In this document: positions 1 to 9,721 of the stretch, in pieces | How positions within the stretch are numbered: the first letter of the stretch is position 1 | Layout of the letters: the number at the start of each line of letters is the position of its first letter | Assembly: GCA_963732665.1 (NCBI GenBank) | Contig: CAVTAE010000014.1 | Coordinates: forward strand, 1,227,544 to 1,291,543 | DNA from: an uncultured Trueperaceae bacterium | GTDB taxonomy: Bacteria; Deinococcota; Deinococci; Deinococcales; Trueperaceae | Direction of reading: 5' to 3' | Length of the DNA stretch: 64,000 nt | Translations under genes and position numbers: made by a program | The notes under the pieces: model-generated | Database searches by the model: none | Told to the model about the DNA's origin: nothing | Seen by the model: only the letters and a program-made list of their open reading frames with translations

Positions 1-1335
1 ATTCTTGCTGGTAGCTACTTTTTTTATGGCTGGTGGCGATGGGATTTTCTTTATCTTTTGGCAGCCATTACTGTGGTTTCTTATGTTTTTGCCCTGGCTA
101 TCGAACGGGCCAAGACGGTTAAACAGGCTAAAACTTGGTTGACTGTTGGCATCGTCTTAAATTTGGCTGCCTTAGTTTATTTCAAATATGCAAACTTGGG
201 CATCAATAGTCTAAATAGTATTTTGCAGGGGCTAGGGGCCAGTACCATTCCTTGGTCAAATGTTTTATTGCCAATAGGCTTATCCTTTTTTATCTTTCAT
301 GCTATTAGCTATCTTGTTGATATATACCGTAAAGAAGCCCCACCCACTCGCAATCTGATTGACTTTGCAGCTTTTATAGCCCTTTTTCCTCACCTGATTG
401 CTGGACCTGTATTGCGCTATCATCTTTTGGCTGAGCAGTTTCGTAGCCGCAAACATAGTTTTGAACAATTTTCGCAAGGGTCACTTCGTTTTATGATGGG
501 ATTTTGTAAAAAAGTGTTGATTGCTGACTCGGTGGCACCTCTTGCAGATGTCATGTTTGCGGTGCAGCAACCCACACTGCTCGAGTCCTGGTTAGGCGTA
601 TTTGCCTATACCTTGCAAATTTATTTTGACTTTTCAGGTTATAGTGATATGGCTATTGGACTAGCTCAAATGATTGGCTTCACCTTTCCAGAAAACTTTA
701 ACTTCCCTTATATCAGTAAAAACATCACTGAATTTTGGCGGCGTTGGCATATGAGCCTCTCGAGCTGGCTGCGGGAATATCTTTATCTTCCACTTGGTGG
801 TAACCGTAAGGGTGTAGGCAGAACCTACTTTAATTTGTTTATTACGATGGTTTTGGGCGGTCTGTGGCATGGTGCCAACTGGACCTTTGTGTTGTGGGGG
901 GCCTGGCATGGGGGCGTTCTAGCCATAGAACGTTATTTGGGTAAGCCACAACGCTGGAAAGAAATTCCTGCTTATTTAGCCATTCCCCGCACTTTTCTTT
1001 TTGCCATGATTGGCTGGGTACTTTTTCGTGCCAAAGATGTAGCCAGTGCCTTTGAAATGTACGCAGGAATGCTTGGACTCAATGGGCTGGCACTTACCGA
1101 TGCAACACATTGGCAAATCACAGGACTCGAGGTATTCATGCTTTTACTAGCTCTGATTATTGTTTATATTGAGCCTTGGTGGAAAAATTTCTTTGGCAAG
1201 CTTTCTACCGACCCACAGCAACACCGCCAATACCTTCTAAATGGCTTGCAATTCTTTATCATTCCGCTTTTCTTGCTGGCTACACTACGTCTTTCGGCCC
1301 AAAGCTTCTCACCCTTTTTGTACTTTCAATTCTAA
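1..1335 (+). CDS. MBOAT-family polysaccharide O-acetyltransferase (AlgI/DltB-like); 5' end lies outside window
   Basis: Frame-1 reading frame is open from nt 1 (ILAGSYFFYGWW...) to stop at 1333-1335; multi-TM protein with MBOAT conserved region (FWRRWHMSLSSWLREYLYLPLGGNR...WHGANW). Confidence 0.85.
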   Translation: MLAGSYFFYGWWRWDFLYLLAAITVVSYVFALAIERAKTVKQAKTWLTVGIVLNLAALVYFKYANLGINSLNSILQGLGASTIPWSNVLLPIGLSFFIFHAISYLVDIYRKEAPPTRNLIDFAAFIALFPHLIAGPVLRYHLLAEQFRSRKHSFEQFSQGSLRFMMGFCKKVLIADSVAPLADVMFAVQQPTLLESWLGVFAYTLQIYFDFSGYSDMAIGLAQMIGFTFPENFNFPYISKNITEFWRRWHMSLSSWLREYLYLPLGGNRKGVGRTYFNLFITMVLGGLWHGANWTFVLWGAWHGGVLAIERYLGKPQRWKEIPAYLAIPRTFLFAMIGWVLFRAKDVASAFEMYAGMLGLNGLALTDATHWQITGLEVFMLLLALIIVYIEPWWKNFFGKLSTDPQQHRQYLLNGLQFFIIPLFLLATLRLSAQSFSPFLYFQF

Positions 1336-1337
1336 CT

Positions 1338-2426
1338 ATGCAAACGACTATAGCTACTCATTCAAAAAAATCCTGGTTAAGTTATTTCTCGGGCATTTTC
1401 ATCCTTCTCTTCGTAGTAGTAGGTTTTATTCTGATGGTACTGTCGCCAACAATGTTCAAGTCACCTGAAAAATCACTCTGGAATGGTGAGTGGGCACTCG
1501 CTTATGAAGCTGCTCTTAATAAGGGTTTGGCTTTCAGGCAAAGTGCTATTGATACTTGGGGAAGTTTAGATTATCTGCTCTTTCGTGAAGGGCGTGAGGG
1601 CGTATTAGTAGGCGCAGACGGTTGGCTTTTTACTAGTGAAGAATTCAAGTTTTACCCTGAAGGCGAGCAGGGGATTCAAGAAAAACTCGAGTTGGCTACC
1701 AAGGCTCAGACTCAACTGGCGCAACAAGGTAGTCAACTTGTAGTGGTAGTGATTCCTTCTAAAGCCAGAATTTATGGCGAACACTTGGGTCGGTATACCT
1801 ATCCAACCTATAACCAAGATTTGTATCAAACCTTTACCAAACAACTCGAGACTCAAGGTATATTGACGGTTAATCTTTTAGGCGTTCTAAGTGCCGCTAA
1901 AACGCAAGGGGAAGTTTTTCTTAAAACAGATACTCACTGGACACCTTTTGGAGCCGAAGTAGTGGCCAAAGAAATAGCCCAGGTCGTAGCCGAGAAAGGG
2001 TTACTACCTAGTTTGAACTCGAGTGAATATCAAACCTCAATATCAGAAACTATAAGTCACAAAGGAGATTTGCTCACCTATATTCCGCTAGGCCGCTTGC
2101 AAGAGCAGTTAGGTCCAGCATTTGACAGGCTCGAGCAGCGCGTAACAGAGGGGTCTGGTGAAAGTGGTGGACTTTTTGGTAGTGACTCCATTCCTATAGC
2201 ATTGGTTGGTACAAGCTATAGCGCAAATACCTTATGGAATTTTGATGGTGCATTGAAAGAAGCCTTAGGTGTAGATGTACTTAATGTAGCTAATCAGGGT
2301 GAGGGGCCAGTGGTCCCTATGCAGGATTATCTAGCTGGGAATGATTTGAAAGATACGCCATCAGAGTTAGTGATTTGGGAGATTCCTGAACGGTTTATAG
2401 AAGTCTTATATTTGAAAGGAGTTTGA
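1338..2426 (+). CDS. AlgJ/AlgX-like SGNH-fold polysaccharide O-acetyltransferase (paralog 1)
   Basis: ATG at 1338 immediately after algI-like stop; N-terminal TM anchor; DxHW signature (KTDTHWTPFGAEVVAKEIA). ORF-track start 1176 overlaps upstream gene by 160 nt and is probably too long. Confidence 0.75.
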   Translation: MQTTIATHSKKSWLSYFSGIFILLFVVVGFILMVLSPTMFKSPEKSLWNGEWALAYEAALNKGLAFRQSAIDTWGSLDYLLFREGREGVLVGADGWLFTSEEFKFYPEGEQGIQEKLELATKAQTQLAQQGSQLVVVVIPSKARIYGEHLGRYTYPTYNQDLYQTFTKQLETQGILTVNLLGVLSAAKTQGEVFLKTDTHWTPFGAEVVAKEIAQVVAEKGLLPSLNSSEYQTSISETISHKGDLLTYIPLGRLQEQLGPAFDRLEQRVTEGSGESGGLFGSDSIPIALVGTSYSANTLWNFDGALKEALGVDVLNVANQGEGPVVPMQDYLAGNDLKDTPSELVIWEIPERFIEVLYLKGV

Positions 2427-4505
2427 ATGATGAACCGTAGAGAATTTCTAAGAAAGAGCCTAATTTTTACAGGAGCCTTTAACTTAAATACTCAATCTTT
2501 TGCCCAACCTATCTCCAATAGTTTAAATAACTTAGATATCTTTAATCAAAGCTACCCTAAAACTTTTATTTTTCGACAATCTGAAGCATTTGTTTCTAGA
2601 CTATCGTATGATGAATGGGAGGCATTATTCCTGCCTTTTTCTGGTATTTTAGGTAAAGTTTTAAGAGAGGAGCGGGGAGATACTGTTACCGCAAATAACA
2701 TTGACTATTTCTCTCGCTTCAAGAAAAATCACCCCAAGAAGGTAGTCCTAGCACATATAAATGGACGAGCGAGACTTCCTGATTTTGAACTCGGTTCATT
2801 TTTCCCTGGGCATTGGCTTTATAGAGTGGGTACGGTATTGACTAGATCAATCTCTACAAACGAACTTGAAACTATCTTGCATGTGGAAAATACTAATATT
2901 TTTTCATTACGCAATGGATTATTTGCGAATGCTCCAGATGATATTTGTATAATTCGTCGGGAATATACAGGACAGCTTAACTGGTTTGAGTCTGAATATG
3001 TCAAACTCGTCGAAATCAATAAGCTAAATAGTACGATTACTGTCAAGCGAGCAACGTATGGAACAAAGCCTTTGAATTTTGATAGAGGTTCTTATCTTGC
3101 TCCTCATATTCTCCTTGGTCCTTGGTGTGAGGGTTGTGATCTTTTGTGGTCGTATAATTTCTCACTAGATGGACCCAAAGATCATTTGGGACGTAGTGCA
3201 ATAGATATTTTTGCTGAAAGTATAGCTAGTAAATTTGAATCCGGTGCTTTACTTTCTAATTTTGATGGTATTCAGCTAGATGTATTTGGTTTTCAACCAC
3301 CTCAGAGATTAGCGGTAGATATTGATCACGATAAGATGATTGATGGTGGAGTTGTTGGTTCTATCAATAGCTACGGACTTGGAACTCTTCAACTGCTCGA
3401 GGTTCTAAGGCATCGTTTGGGAAACAATAAATTGATTCTAACTGATGGTGGAATTGGGAATTTTCAACGACCAAGCTATAAATATATTAACGGAATTGAG
3501 ATGGAGGGCTTTCCTAAAATCGAGGGGCCAATTATGAAACATTGGATGACTGGGCTTAATTTGTTGGCGTTTTGGTATGCTCATGCTTCTGACCCAGCTT
3601 TGAGCTATGTCAATCATAAATATGACAGTGATAGATCATTTCCAACTAACTACTCAGCATTTCGTATGGTTTTGGCGGCAACACACTTCTCTGAGGCAGC
3701 CTTTACTTTTTTTATTGAACCAAATGGTGGAATTCTTTCACTATTAAAGTCTACTAGTTCTAAAAAGCCAGGACTTGAAAATATAATGACAATTTTTGAC
3801 GAGATTCAAATAAGGGATCAAGAAGTGAACTGGTTGGGAAATCCAATAGGACCGGCTATACATTTGGCTGAGACAAGTGACGATTTACTTAATTTTGAAG
3901 GTGGCATTGGGTCTAGCCAATTCATTCAAAGTGTGTCTAATAAGAATCCCTCTCTTAATATTATCCCCTATGAAAAAGGTATAAAGATTGAATGCCCTTC
4001 TAACGATAAGGAGATTATTTTAAAACTTCCCAATTTAGGTGATATTAAGGGAGATGTCTTAATTAAAGTTTTATTTAAAACTTTTCCATTCAGAGAGTAT
4101 TCTAATGTGGGTCGTGAGGTCAATTTGCAACTTAAACCAGAAAAAGATAAGGGTATGGCATTAATTGGTGAGACTCCATATTATGCTCGTTTTTATTTCA
4201 GAGATATTTTTGGAAATGTAGAGCCACAATTTACATTTGAAGGTTGTGATCCAATTATTATAGAAGATTTGTCAGTTTATTCGATGCAAAACGGAATATA
4301 TCGCCTCTTTGAAAGTGGTTTAGTCCTTGCTAATCCATCAACTAAGTCTTTTATTTTCAACTTAAAGGGGATTTTCGGAAAAGAAAAATTTCAACGTTTA
4401 AAGGGTTCTTTAGAACAAGATCCTTTAACTAACAATGGTGCGGAAATTGGTGAAGCTGTAGAATTAAATGCAGAAGATGCTTTATTTCTGTCAAGAATAC
4501 GATGA
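2427..4505 (+). CDS. hypothetical exported protein with Tat-type signal (RREFLRK), 692 aa, function unknown
   Basis: ATGATG start overlapping previous stop with AAAGGAG RBS; twin-arginine-like N-terminus; no recognisable catalytic motif. Confidence 0.6.
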   Translation: MMNRREFLRKSLIFTGAFNLNTQSFAQPISNSLNNLDIFNQSYPKTFIFRQSEAFVSRLSYDEWEALFLPFSGILGKVLREERGDTVTANNIDYFSRFKKNHPKKVVLAHINGRARLPDFELGSFFPGHWLYRVGTVLTRSISTNELETILHVENTNIFSLRNGLFANAPDDICIIRREYTGQLNWFESEYVKLVEINKLNSTITVKRATYGTKPLNFDRGSYLAPHILLGPWCEGCDLLWSYNFSLDGPKDHLGRSAIDIFAESIASKFESGALLSNFDGIQLDVFGFQPPQRLAVDIDHDKMIDGGVVGSINSYGLGTLQLLEVLRHRLGNNKLILTDGGIGNFQRPSYKYINGIEMEGFPKIEGPIMKHWMTGLNLLAFWYAHASDPALSYVNHKYDSDRSFPTNYSAFRMVLAATHFSEAAFTFFIEPNGGILSLLKSTSSKKPGLENIMTIFDEIQIRDQEVNWLGNPIGPAIHLAETSDDLLNFEGGIGSSQFIQSVSNKNPSLNIIPYEKGIKIECPSNDKEIILKLPNLGDIKGDVLIKVLFKTFPFREYSNVGREVNLQLKPEKDKGMALIGETPYYARFYFRDIFGNVEPQFTFEGCDPIIIEDLSVYSMQNGIYRLFESGLVLANPSTKSFIFNLKGIFGKEKFQRLKGSLEQDPLTNNGAEIGEAVELNAEDALFLSRIR

Positions 4506-4634
4506 TAGAAATATCCTCGAATAAGTTCTCATGTATTCCATAGGACTGTTTTTTAGAGGTTTTTTTGGCTATAGAGAATAATTGCACAGCCAATAGGTAG
4601 ACACTTTTGATTTACTAGTAAGAAAGGGTCAATA

Positions 4635-5963
4635 ATGACTAATATAAAAATGATTCAAAAAATACTTCTGATTTTCTGGTGTCAATCTTTAGTTATACTT
4701 TATGCGCAATCACCTTCTTTGGTCTGCCCTGAATTAGCTCAGGCCGGAGAAGGTCTCGTATTATATGAAGGGTTAGACGGTTGGTTGTTCCGACAAGTTG
4801 ATCTAAAAGAAAAGAAGCCTAATAAAGCCTTTGTGGATAGTGCGCGGAGAATTTCAGAAGCTCTCAAAGAGAAGGGTGTTGAACTGGTGGTCGTTCTCGT
4901 TCCGAGGAAGCCACTAATTTACTTCGATAAACTCAACCTTCGAGACCCTAACCAAGCTACCTACTCGGCAGAAGGAGCTAGAGAAGTGTATACAACTTTA
5001 GTTGAAGGCCTTCGTTCACAAGGTGTGAACGCTGTCAAGCTATTAAGTGCTTTTGATTCGGCGAGGGATCGGCAACTTTTTTTTAAGATAGATAATCACT
5101 GGACCTCCTACGGGGCACAGATAGCAGCAAAGGCTGTAGCGGAAGACGCAGTACAGAGCGTGAATTTGCAAGAAGGTGAGAGAGTTGCCTTTACGACAGT
5201 CTTGTCTCAAACCGTTGCACACCCTAGCGATTTAGTAGATACACTCGAGGTGGCGTGTGGTATCAAAGTTGAGCCTGAGCAACTTGACTTGTTTGAAACC
5301 ACACGCCAAGCATCGGATGAAATTGGTTTATTTGATATAAGTGGCGGTGAAGTTGTGCTAGTGGGTACAAGTTTCAGTCAACGTCCTGACGCTAAACAGG
5401 ATTATAACTTTGATGGTTTCTTGAGTCAGGAGTTGGGACTCGAGGTCTTGAACTATGCAATTCCTGGAGGGGGAGCTTACACGGCTTTGCAAACTTATTT
5501 GTTAGATCAAAGTTATCTTGAGCAGAAACCCAAGGTAATTATTTGGGAGTTGCCCTCGAACATGACTTCGCAAAGCGACCTCGTTCTCGTACGGCAGATT
5601 ATTCCTAGTATTTATGGGGCTTGTTCTCAGGAGGAAAGCCTTGTTTCTAGCACTATTTCGTTGGATAGTGAGATGGGTATTTTGTTAGCTAACATTACAG
5701 AACGAAACATTATAGGAGCTAAATATTATCTTTATATTGAGGCACAAATACCACTTATCGATTTTAGGTTAAGATTCAACTATGAAGACGATACCAGTGA
5801 AGAGGTAGTGGTTGAGCGCTCGACCAGAGGAGGAAACTTTAATAAGTTTTTTCTAGCCTTATCTAACCAGTATACTGCGAATCTAAAAGAAATAGTGATG
5901 GAGCACAATGGTACACTTACAGGTCAGATCGAAGGAAGGTTATGTCGTATCAAATCAAATTAA
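4635..5963 (+). CDS. AlgX/AlgJ-like SGNH acetyltransferase with C-terminal extension (paralog 2)
   Basis: Signal peptide; signature KIDNHWTSYGAQIAAKAV; 442 aa similar in size to AlgX (SGNH + carbohydrate-binding module). Confidence 0.75.
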   Translation: MTNIKMIQKILLIFWCQSLVILYAQSPSLVCPELAQAGEGLVLYEGLDGWLFRQVDLKEKKPNKAFVDSARRISEALKEKGVELVVVLVPRKPLIYFDKLNLRDPNQATYSAEGAREVYTTLVEGLRSQGVNAVKLLSAFDSARDRQLFFKIDNHWTSYGAQIAAKAVAEDAVQSVNLQEGERVAFTTVLSQTVAHPSDLVDTLEVACGIKVEPEQLDLFETTRQASDEIGLFDISGGEVVLVGTSFSQRPDAKQDYNFDGFLSQELGLEVLNYAIPGGGAYTALQTYLLDQSYLEQKPKVIIWELPSNMTSQSDLVLVRQIIPSIYGACSQEESLVSSTISLDSEMGILLANITERNIIGAKYYLYIEAQIPLIDFRLRFNYEDDTSEEVVVERSTRGGNFNKFFLALSNQYTANLKEIVMEHNGTLTGQIEGRLCRIKSN

Positions 5964-7285
5964 TACGAATACTTACAATAATTGGAGTTTTACTTCTGTG
6001 GATGTCCTCTCAGTCTCAAGAGTTTGTGCTTCGGGAACGCTGCCCTAATTTGGAAAAAACAACCAAGCTGAGATTTGCTAAGGACAACTTCGTTTTTAGT
6101 GAGCGTGACCAGGAAACATTTTTTGACTTTGAGAAGGCATTACCCTATCTCGAGCGACTTAATGAGGTATTGGCTGCCAAGCAGATTACACTGGTTATTT
6201 TACCTGTGCCGACGCGCATTATGGCAATGCCGAGTTACGTGCAAGATTATGTAAGTGCCGGAACTGTAGCTGAAAACCAACAACGCTACCGAGATTTTAT
6301 TTCAGCGCTTGCCACCAAGAGTATTCAAGTGGTCAATTTGTTAGAGCCAGCCCTAGCGTTTTCTGCCGAATCTTCACAGGAACGTTTCTTTTTAGATTGG
6401 GATACACACTGGTCCCCCAGTGGCTCGAGAGTGGCGGCCCAAGCGGTGGCAAAGTTACTCAACTCACTCGGTGATTATAGCACGCTCAAGCGAATGACCT
6501 TTGAGTCTACCATTGTCGAAACCTTTAGTCGAGAAGGCAATCTTTACGAGAGTATTGAGAAAGCCTGTGATATTGAATTGCCCGAACAGCCGGTAGACCT
6601 CTACGAAACCATGGCTCAGGATACGGGTGTCCAAGATACTGGTGCGGCGTTGTTCGACGAGGTGAATGCTCCTGTCATTTTAGTGGGTACGAGTTACAGC
6701 TTATATCCTTGGAATCTGAGTGGTTTTATGAGTGAATCGAGTGGTCTCGAGGTTGTTAACTATAGTGTGCCGGGGGGTGGGTTGTTTTCGAGTATTGATT
6801 ACTATTTCTCTGATGTTGTCTATCAGGAAAACCCGCCGCACTTCTTGGTTTGGGAGTTTCCTGTTTCACAACTACCTTTTACAGAACAAGAGATCAATGG
6901 GCTAAGACAACTGGTTCCGGCTGCTCGTGGGTCGTGTGAAGGAGAGGCAATCGTCTGGAATGCGAGTGCTGAGTTTGTGGACAATCAGGTATCATTTGAG
7001 CTAGATGAGCAGGTAGTGCCTATTGCCTCGAGCCAGTTCTTCGTGCAACTTAGTCTTTCAGATGCAACTGTATACGAGTTTGAGTTGTCCCTTGGCTATT
7101 CAGAAGGTGATGATAGAGTTCAGATAAGCCGCTCGACGCGGCGGGCTAATTCAGGAGTCTTCTTTGTAGAGCTTTCTGATCTTTATATTTCTCCCCTAAC
7201 ACGTATCACTATAAAAATACCTCAAAATTCGACAGGCTCTTTTGATGTAAAAATTTGCCAAACTTCTGCTAGTAGTGTACGTTAG
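5942..7285 (+). CDS. AlgX/AlgJ-like SGNH acetyltransferase with C-terminal extension (paralog 3)
   Basis: Signal peptide; signature LDWDTHWSPSGSRVAAQAVA; 22-nt overlap with upstream paralog. Confidence 0.75.
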   Translation: MSYQIKLIRILTIIGVLLLWMSSQSQEFVLRERCPNLEKTTKLRFAKDNFVFSERDQETFFDFEKALPYLERLNEVLAAKQITLVILPVPTRIMAMPSYVQDYVSAGTVAENQQRYRDFISALATKSIQVVNLLEPALAFSAESSQERFFLDWDTHWSPSGSRVAAQAVAKLLNSLGDYSTLKRMTFESTIVETFSREGNLYESIEKACDIELPEQPVDLYETMAQDTGVQDTGAALFDEVNAPVILVGTSYSLYPWNLSGFMSESSGLEVVNYSVPGGGLFSSIDYYFSDVVYQENPPHFLVWEFPVSQLPFTEQEINGLRQLVPAARGSCEGEAIVWNASAEFVDNQVSFELDEQVVPIASSQFFVQLSLSDATVYEFELSLGYSEGDDRVQISRSTRRANSGVFFVELSDLYISPLTRITIKIPQNSTGSFDVKICQTSASSVR

Positions 7286-7312
7286 ACTTTGGCTAAGGAG
7301 CAAGTCCACGTT

Positions 7313-8653
7313 ATGGTCTTAACTTTACTTAAACGTTTAGATTCACATACTAAAGAAATTGTTGAGCGTGCTTCTATGGCATTGCTCATCAAAATATCTG
7401 CAGCTGTACTTAATTTCTCGCTTAGTGTAGTATTGGCACGTTTGTTAGGCGCAGAGGGTGCGGGGATTTATTTTCTTTCTTTTACTGTCGTTACTATTAC
7501 AGCAATGATTAGTCGCCTTGGTTTAGACAATGCCCTTCTTAAGTTTGTGGCCTCGAGTGTTGCCGAAGAAAATTGGCAAGCAGTTAAGGGTGTTTATCAA
7601 CGGTCAATCAGTTTGGTGTTAGTATCTTCTTTGCTGGTTGCACTAGGTCTTTTTTTACTCGCTCCTTGGCTTAGTTATACTGTGTTCAAAGATAGCAATA
7701 TGCTTCTTCCTTTACGTTTTATGGCCCTCGCCAACATTGGGTTAGCCCTGTTTACCTTGAATGCTCAAGCCCTCAAGGGTCTCAAACATGTTGCCTCAGC
7801 ACTCAGTGTGCAAAGTTTATGGGTGGCTATCTTTACTCTCGTGGGTATTCTTCTATGGATTCCCCAATGGGGTGTCTTGGGGGCCATTTGGGCATATGTC
7901 ATTGCCAGTTTTATTACCCTTGCAATAGGTCTTATTAGCTGGTGGCGAGCAACCCCTCAGCTTAGGGGGGTTAGGGGGTCGTTTGAAGTGCCGCAGCTAT
8001 TAAATAGCAGTGTTCCTCTTTTTTGGATGTCAACTTTGCAAATGGTGACAGCATGGGGTTCTACTTTTATGCTAGGCATTTGGTTAGATAGTGCGCAGGT
8101 AGGTATCTATGAGTCAGCTAACCGCACTGCATTCTTAACAAGTTTTATTTTAGTGGCAGTTAACAGTATTTCTGCGCCTAAATTTGCAGCTCTTTATAAA
8201 AAGGGTGATATGAAAGCACTTGCTAGCACAGCGAGAGTTTCTGCCCAAATCATGGCCGTTGCGGCAGCACCTATTCTTTTTGTTTTTTTGTTTTTTCCTT
8301 ATTGGGTCATGAATATATTTGGTTCTGAATTTTCTAGCGGCGCATCTGTTCTTTCTATTTTGGCAATCGGGCAGTATATTAGCGTAGCAACAGGCTCAGT
8401 TGGTTTTCTTCTCATGATGTGTGGTTACGAGAGGTTAATGCGCAACAACATTTTTATCTGTGCTCTCGTTCTGGTGTTTCTTAATATCATTTTGATTCCT
8501 AGCTTGGGCATTCAGGGAGCAGCGATTGCATCAGCCACAACTGTCATCTTACAAAATATGATTGCAGCTTATTTTGTGTTGAATAAATTAGGTATTCGTA
8601 CCTTACCTAATATACTGCAAAGTTTGAAGCGTCTTTCTAGGCGCAAGTCATAA
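7313..8653 (+). CDS. wzx: polysaccharide flippase, MOP/Wzx family
   Basis: Roughly 12 predicted TM helices typical of Wzx (polysaccharide biosynthesis protein); ATG 7313 preceded by AAGGAG RBS (ORF-track TTG 7289 is less likely). Confidence 0.75.
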   Translation: MVLTLLKRLDSHTKEIVERASMALLIKISAAVLNFSLSVVLARLLGAEGAGIYFLSFTVVTITAMISRLGLDNALLKFVASSVAEENWQAVKGVYQRSISLVLVSSLLVALGLFLLAPWLSYTVFKDSNMLLPLRFMALANIGLALFTLNAQALKGLKHVASALSVQSLWVAIFTLVGILLWIPQWGVLGAIWAYVIASFITLAIGLISWWRATPQLRGVRGSFEVPQLLNSSVPLFWMSTLQMVTAWGSTFMLGIWLDSAQVGIYESANRTAFLTSFILVAVNSISAPKFAALYKKGDMKALASTARVSAQIMAVAAAPILFVFLFFPYWVMNIFGSEFSSGASVLSILAIGQYISVATGSVGFLLMMCGYERLMRNNIFICALVLVFLNIILIPSLGIQGAAIASATTVILQNMIAAYFVLNKLGIRTLPNILQSLKRLSRRKS

Positions 8654-8654
8654 T

Positions 8655-9668
8655 ATGCCTTCTTACTCTTTCATCTTTTTGGTTTATGCGCCACGTTCGG
8701 GCTCTACTGTCTTGGCAAAACAAATCTCCCAACAGACGAATAAGTGTATGGTTTTACCCGAGTTTAGATTGCTAGAGTTACTTATTGGCTATGGACATGA
8801 TAGAATTTCTTCACTTAATGAAGAACAGTTTTGGGAAATAATTAACCTCGATCATCAATTTCACAATTTACAACTTTCTGGGAGCGAAGTAGAGGGTTTA
8901 GTGAAGCAGGTTGTAGGTAAAAATCTTCGTGAGGTGCTTGAAAGCATCGTCGAGGTGTATGCTCGACATCAAGGTTTTTCTCCGGAATTTGTTATAATTA
9001 AACGTGGTAATATCCTCAGATTCATTTCACACCTTGAGCTGTTTTTCCCCGAAGCAACTTATATTCATATCGTGAGAGATATTCGGGGTGTGGTGAATTC
9101 GACCCTAAGTAGTAAATCGCCTTACTTACAAGGATTTGAAATGGGTCGGGGTGATAGCCTCTTCGTGGTCGACAGGTGGCTTGAACTAGTTCACAGTGTC
9201 GAGACTCTCAAAGCCCGGAGGATTTGCCAAGTCCTGGACGTGAGTTACGAAGAACTGTGTTTTGAACCCATGGTTACTAAAATGCTATTAGAAAAATTGG
9301 GCATAGCCACCATCAAGCATTCTGAAGAAGTCACCAATACCTTTCAAATAGGTAAACAAGAGCAGTCCATCCACCGCCTAGTCAGTGAGGGCTTACAGCC
9401 TGAACGTGCTGTGGCGTGGCAGAGTGAATTACCGTTTTGGCAGGGTCTGGCGACAGAAAAACTCACTCGAGACGAGTTGCAGCGCTATGGCTATGCTCTC
9501 TGGTATGAACCCCAATCCTTGAGACTAGCTGCATCCTTAGCTTTGCTGAGAATGTATGCGTTACATTTTGTGCAAACACTAAAGTATGGGCTTAATCGAG
9601 TCGTTTATTATTGCCACAATCTACGGCTGCTTTTCTTGCGCCTCAGAATGAAGCGGTTAGGAAAATAG
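8655..9668 (+). CDS. sulfotransferase (PAPS-dependent), copy 1
   Basis: 5'-PSB-like motif VYAPRSGSTVLAK near N-terminus; cytoplasmic, 337 aa. Confidence 0.65.
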   Translation: MPSYSFIFLVYAPRSGSTVLAKQISQQTNKCMVLPEFRLLELLIGYGHDRISSLNEEQFWEIINLDHQFHNLQLSGSEVEGLVKQVVGKNLREVLESIVEVYARHQGFSPEFVIIKRGNILRFISHLELFFPEATYIHIVRDIRGVVNSTLSSKSPYLQGFEMGRGDSLFVVDRWLELVHSVETLKARRICQVLDVSYEELCFEPMVTKMLLEKLGIATIKHSEEVTNTFQIGKQEQSIHRLVSEGLQPERAVAWQSELPFWQGLATEKLTRDELQRYGYALWYEPQSLRLAASLALLRMYALHFVQTLKYGLNRVVYYCHNLRLLFLRLRMKRLGK

Positions 9669-9721
9669 CTAAAAGATTTTTCATGACTGAGATGATAGGC
9701 TGAAGGGGTTGGGAGGCCAGG

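Noticed and set aside
280-909. Small minus-strand ORFs (280..477, 661..909) and the plus ORF 1241..1468
   Set aside because: They lie entirely inside the well-supported MBOAT/AlgJ-like genes, in other frames, and have no RBS. They are spurious.
1-7285. Calling the first block an alginate biosynthesis operon because of AlgI/AlgJ/AlgX-like genes
   Set aside because: No alginate synthase (alg8/alg44), algD, algK/E, algL or algF homologs are present. The context is Wzx/Wzy-dependent with sulfotransferases, so only the acetylation module is alginate-like.
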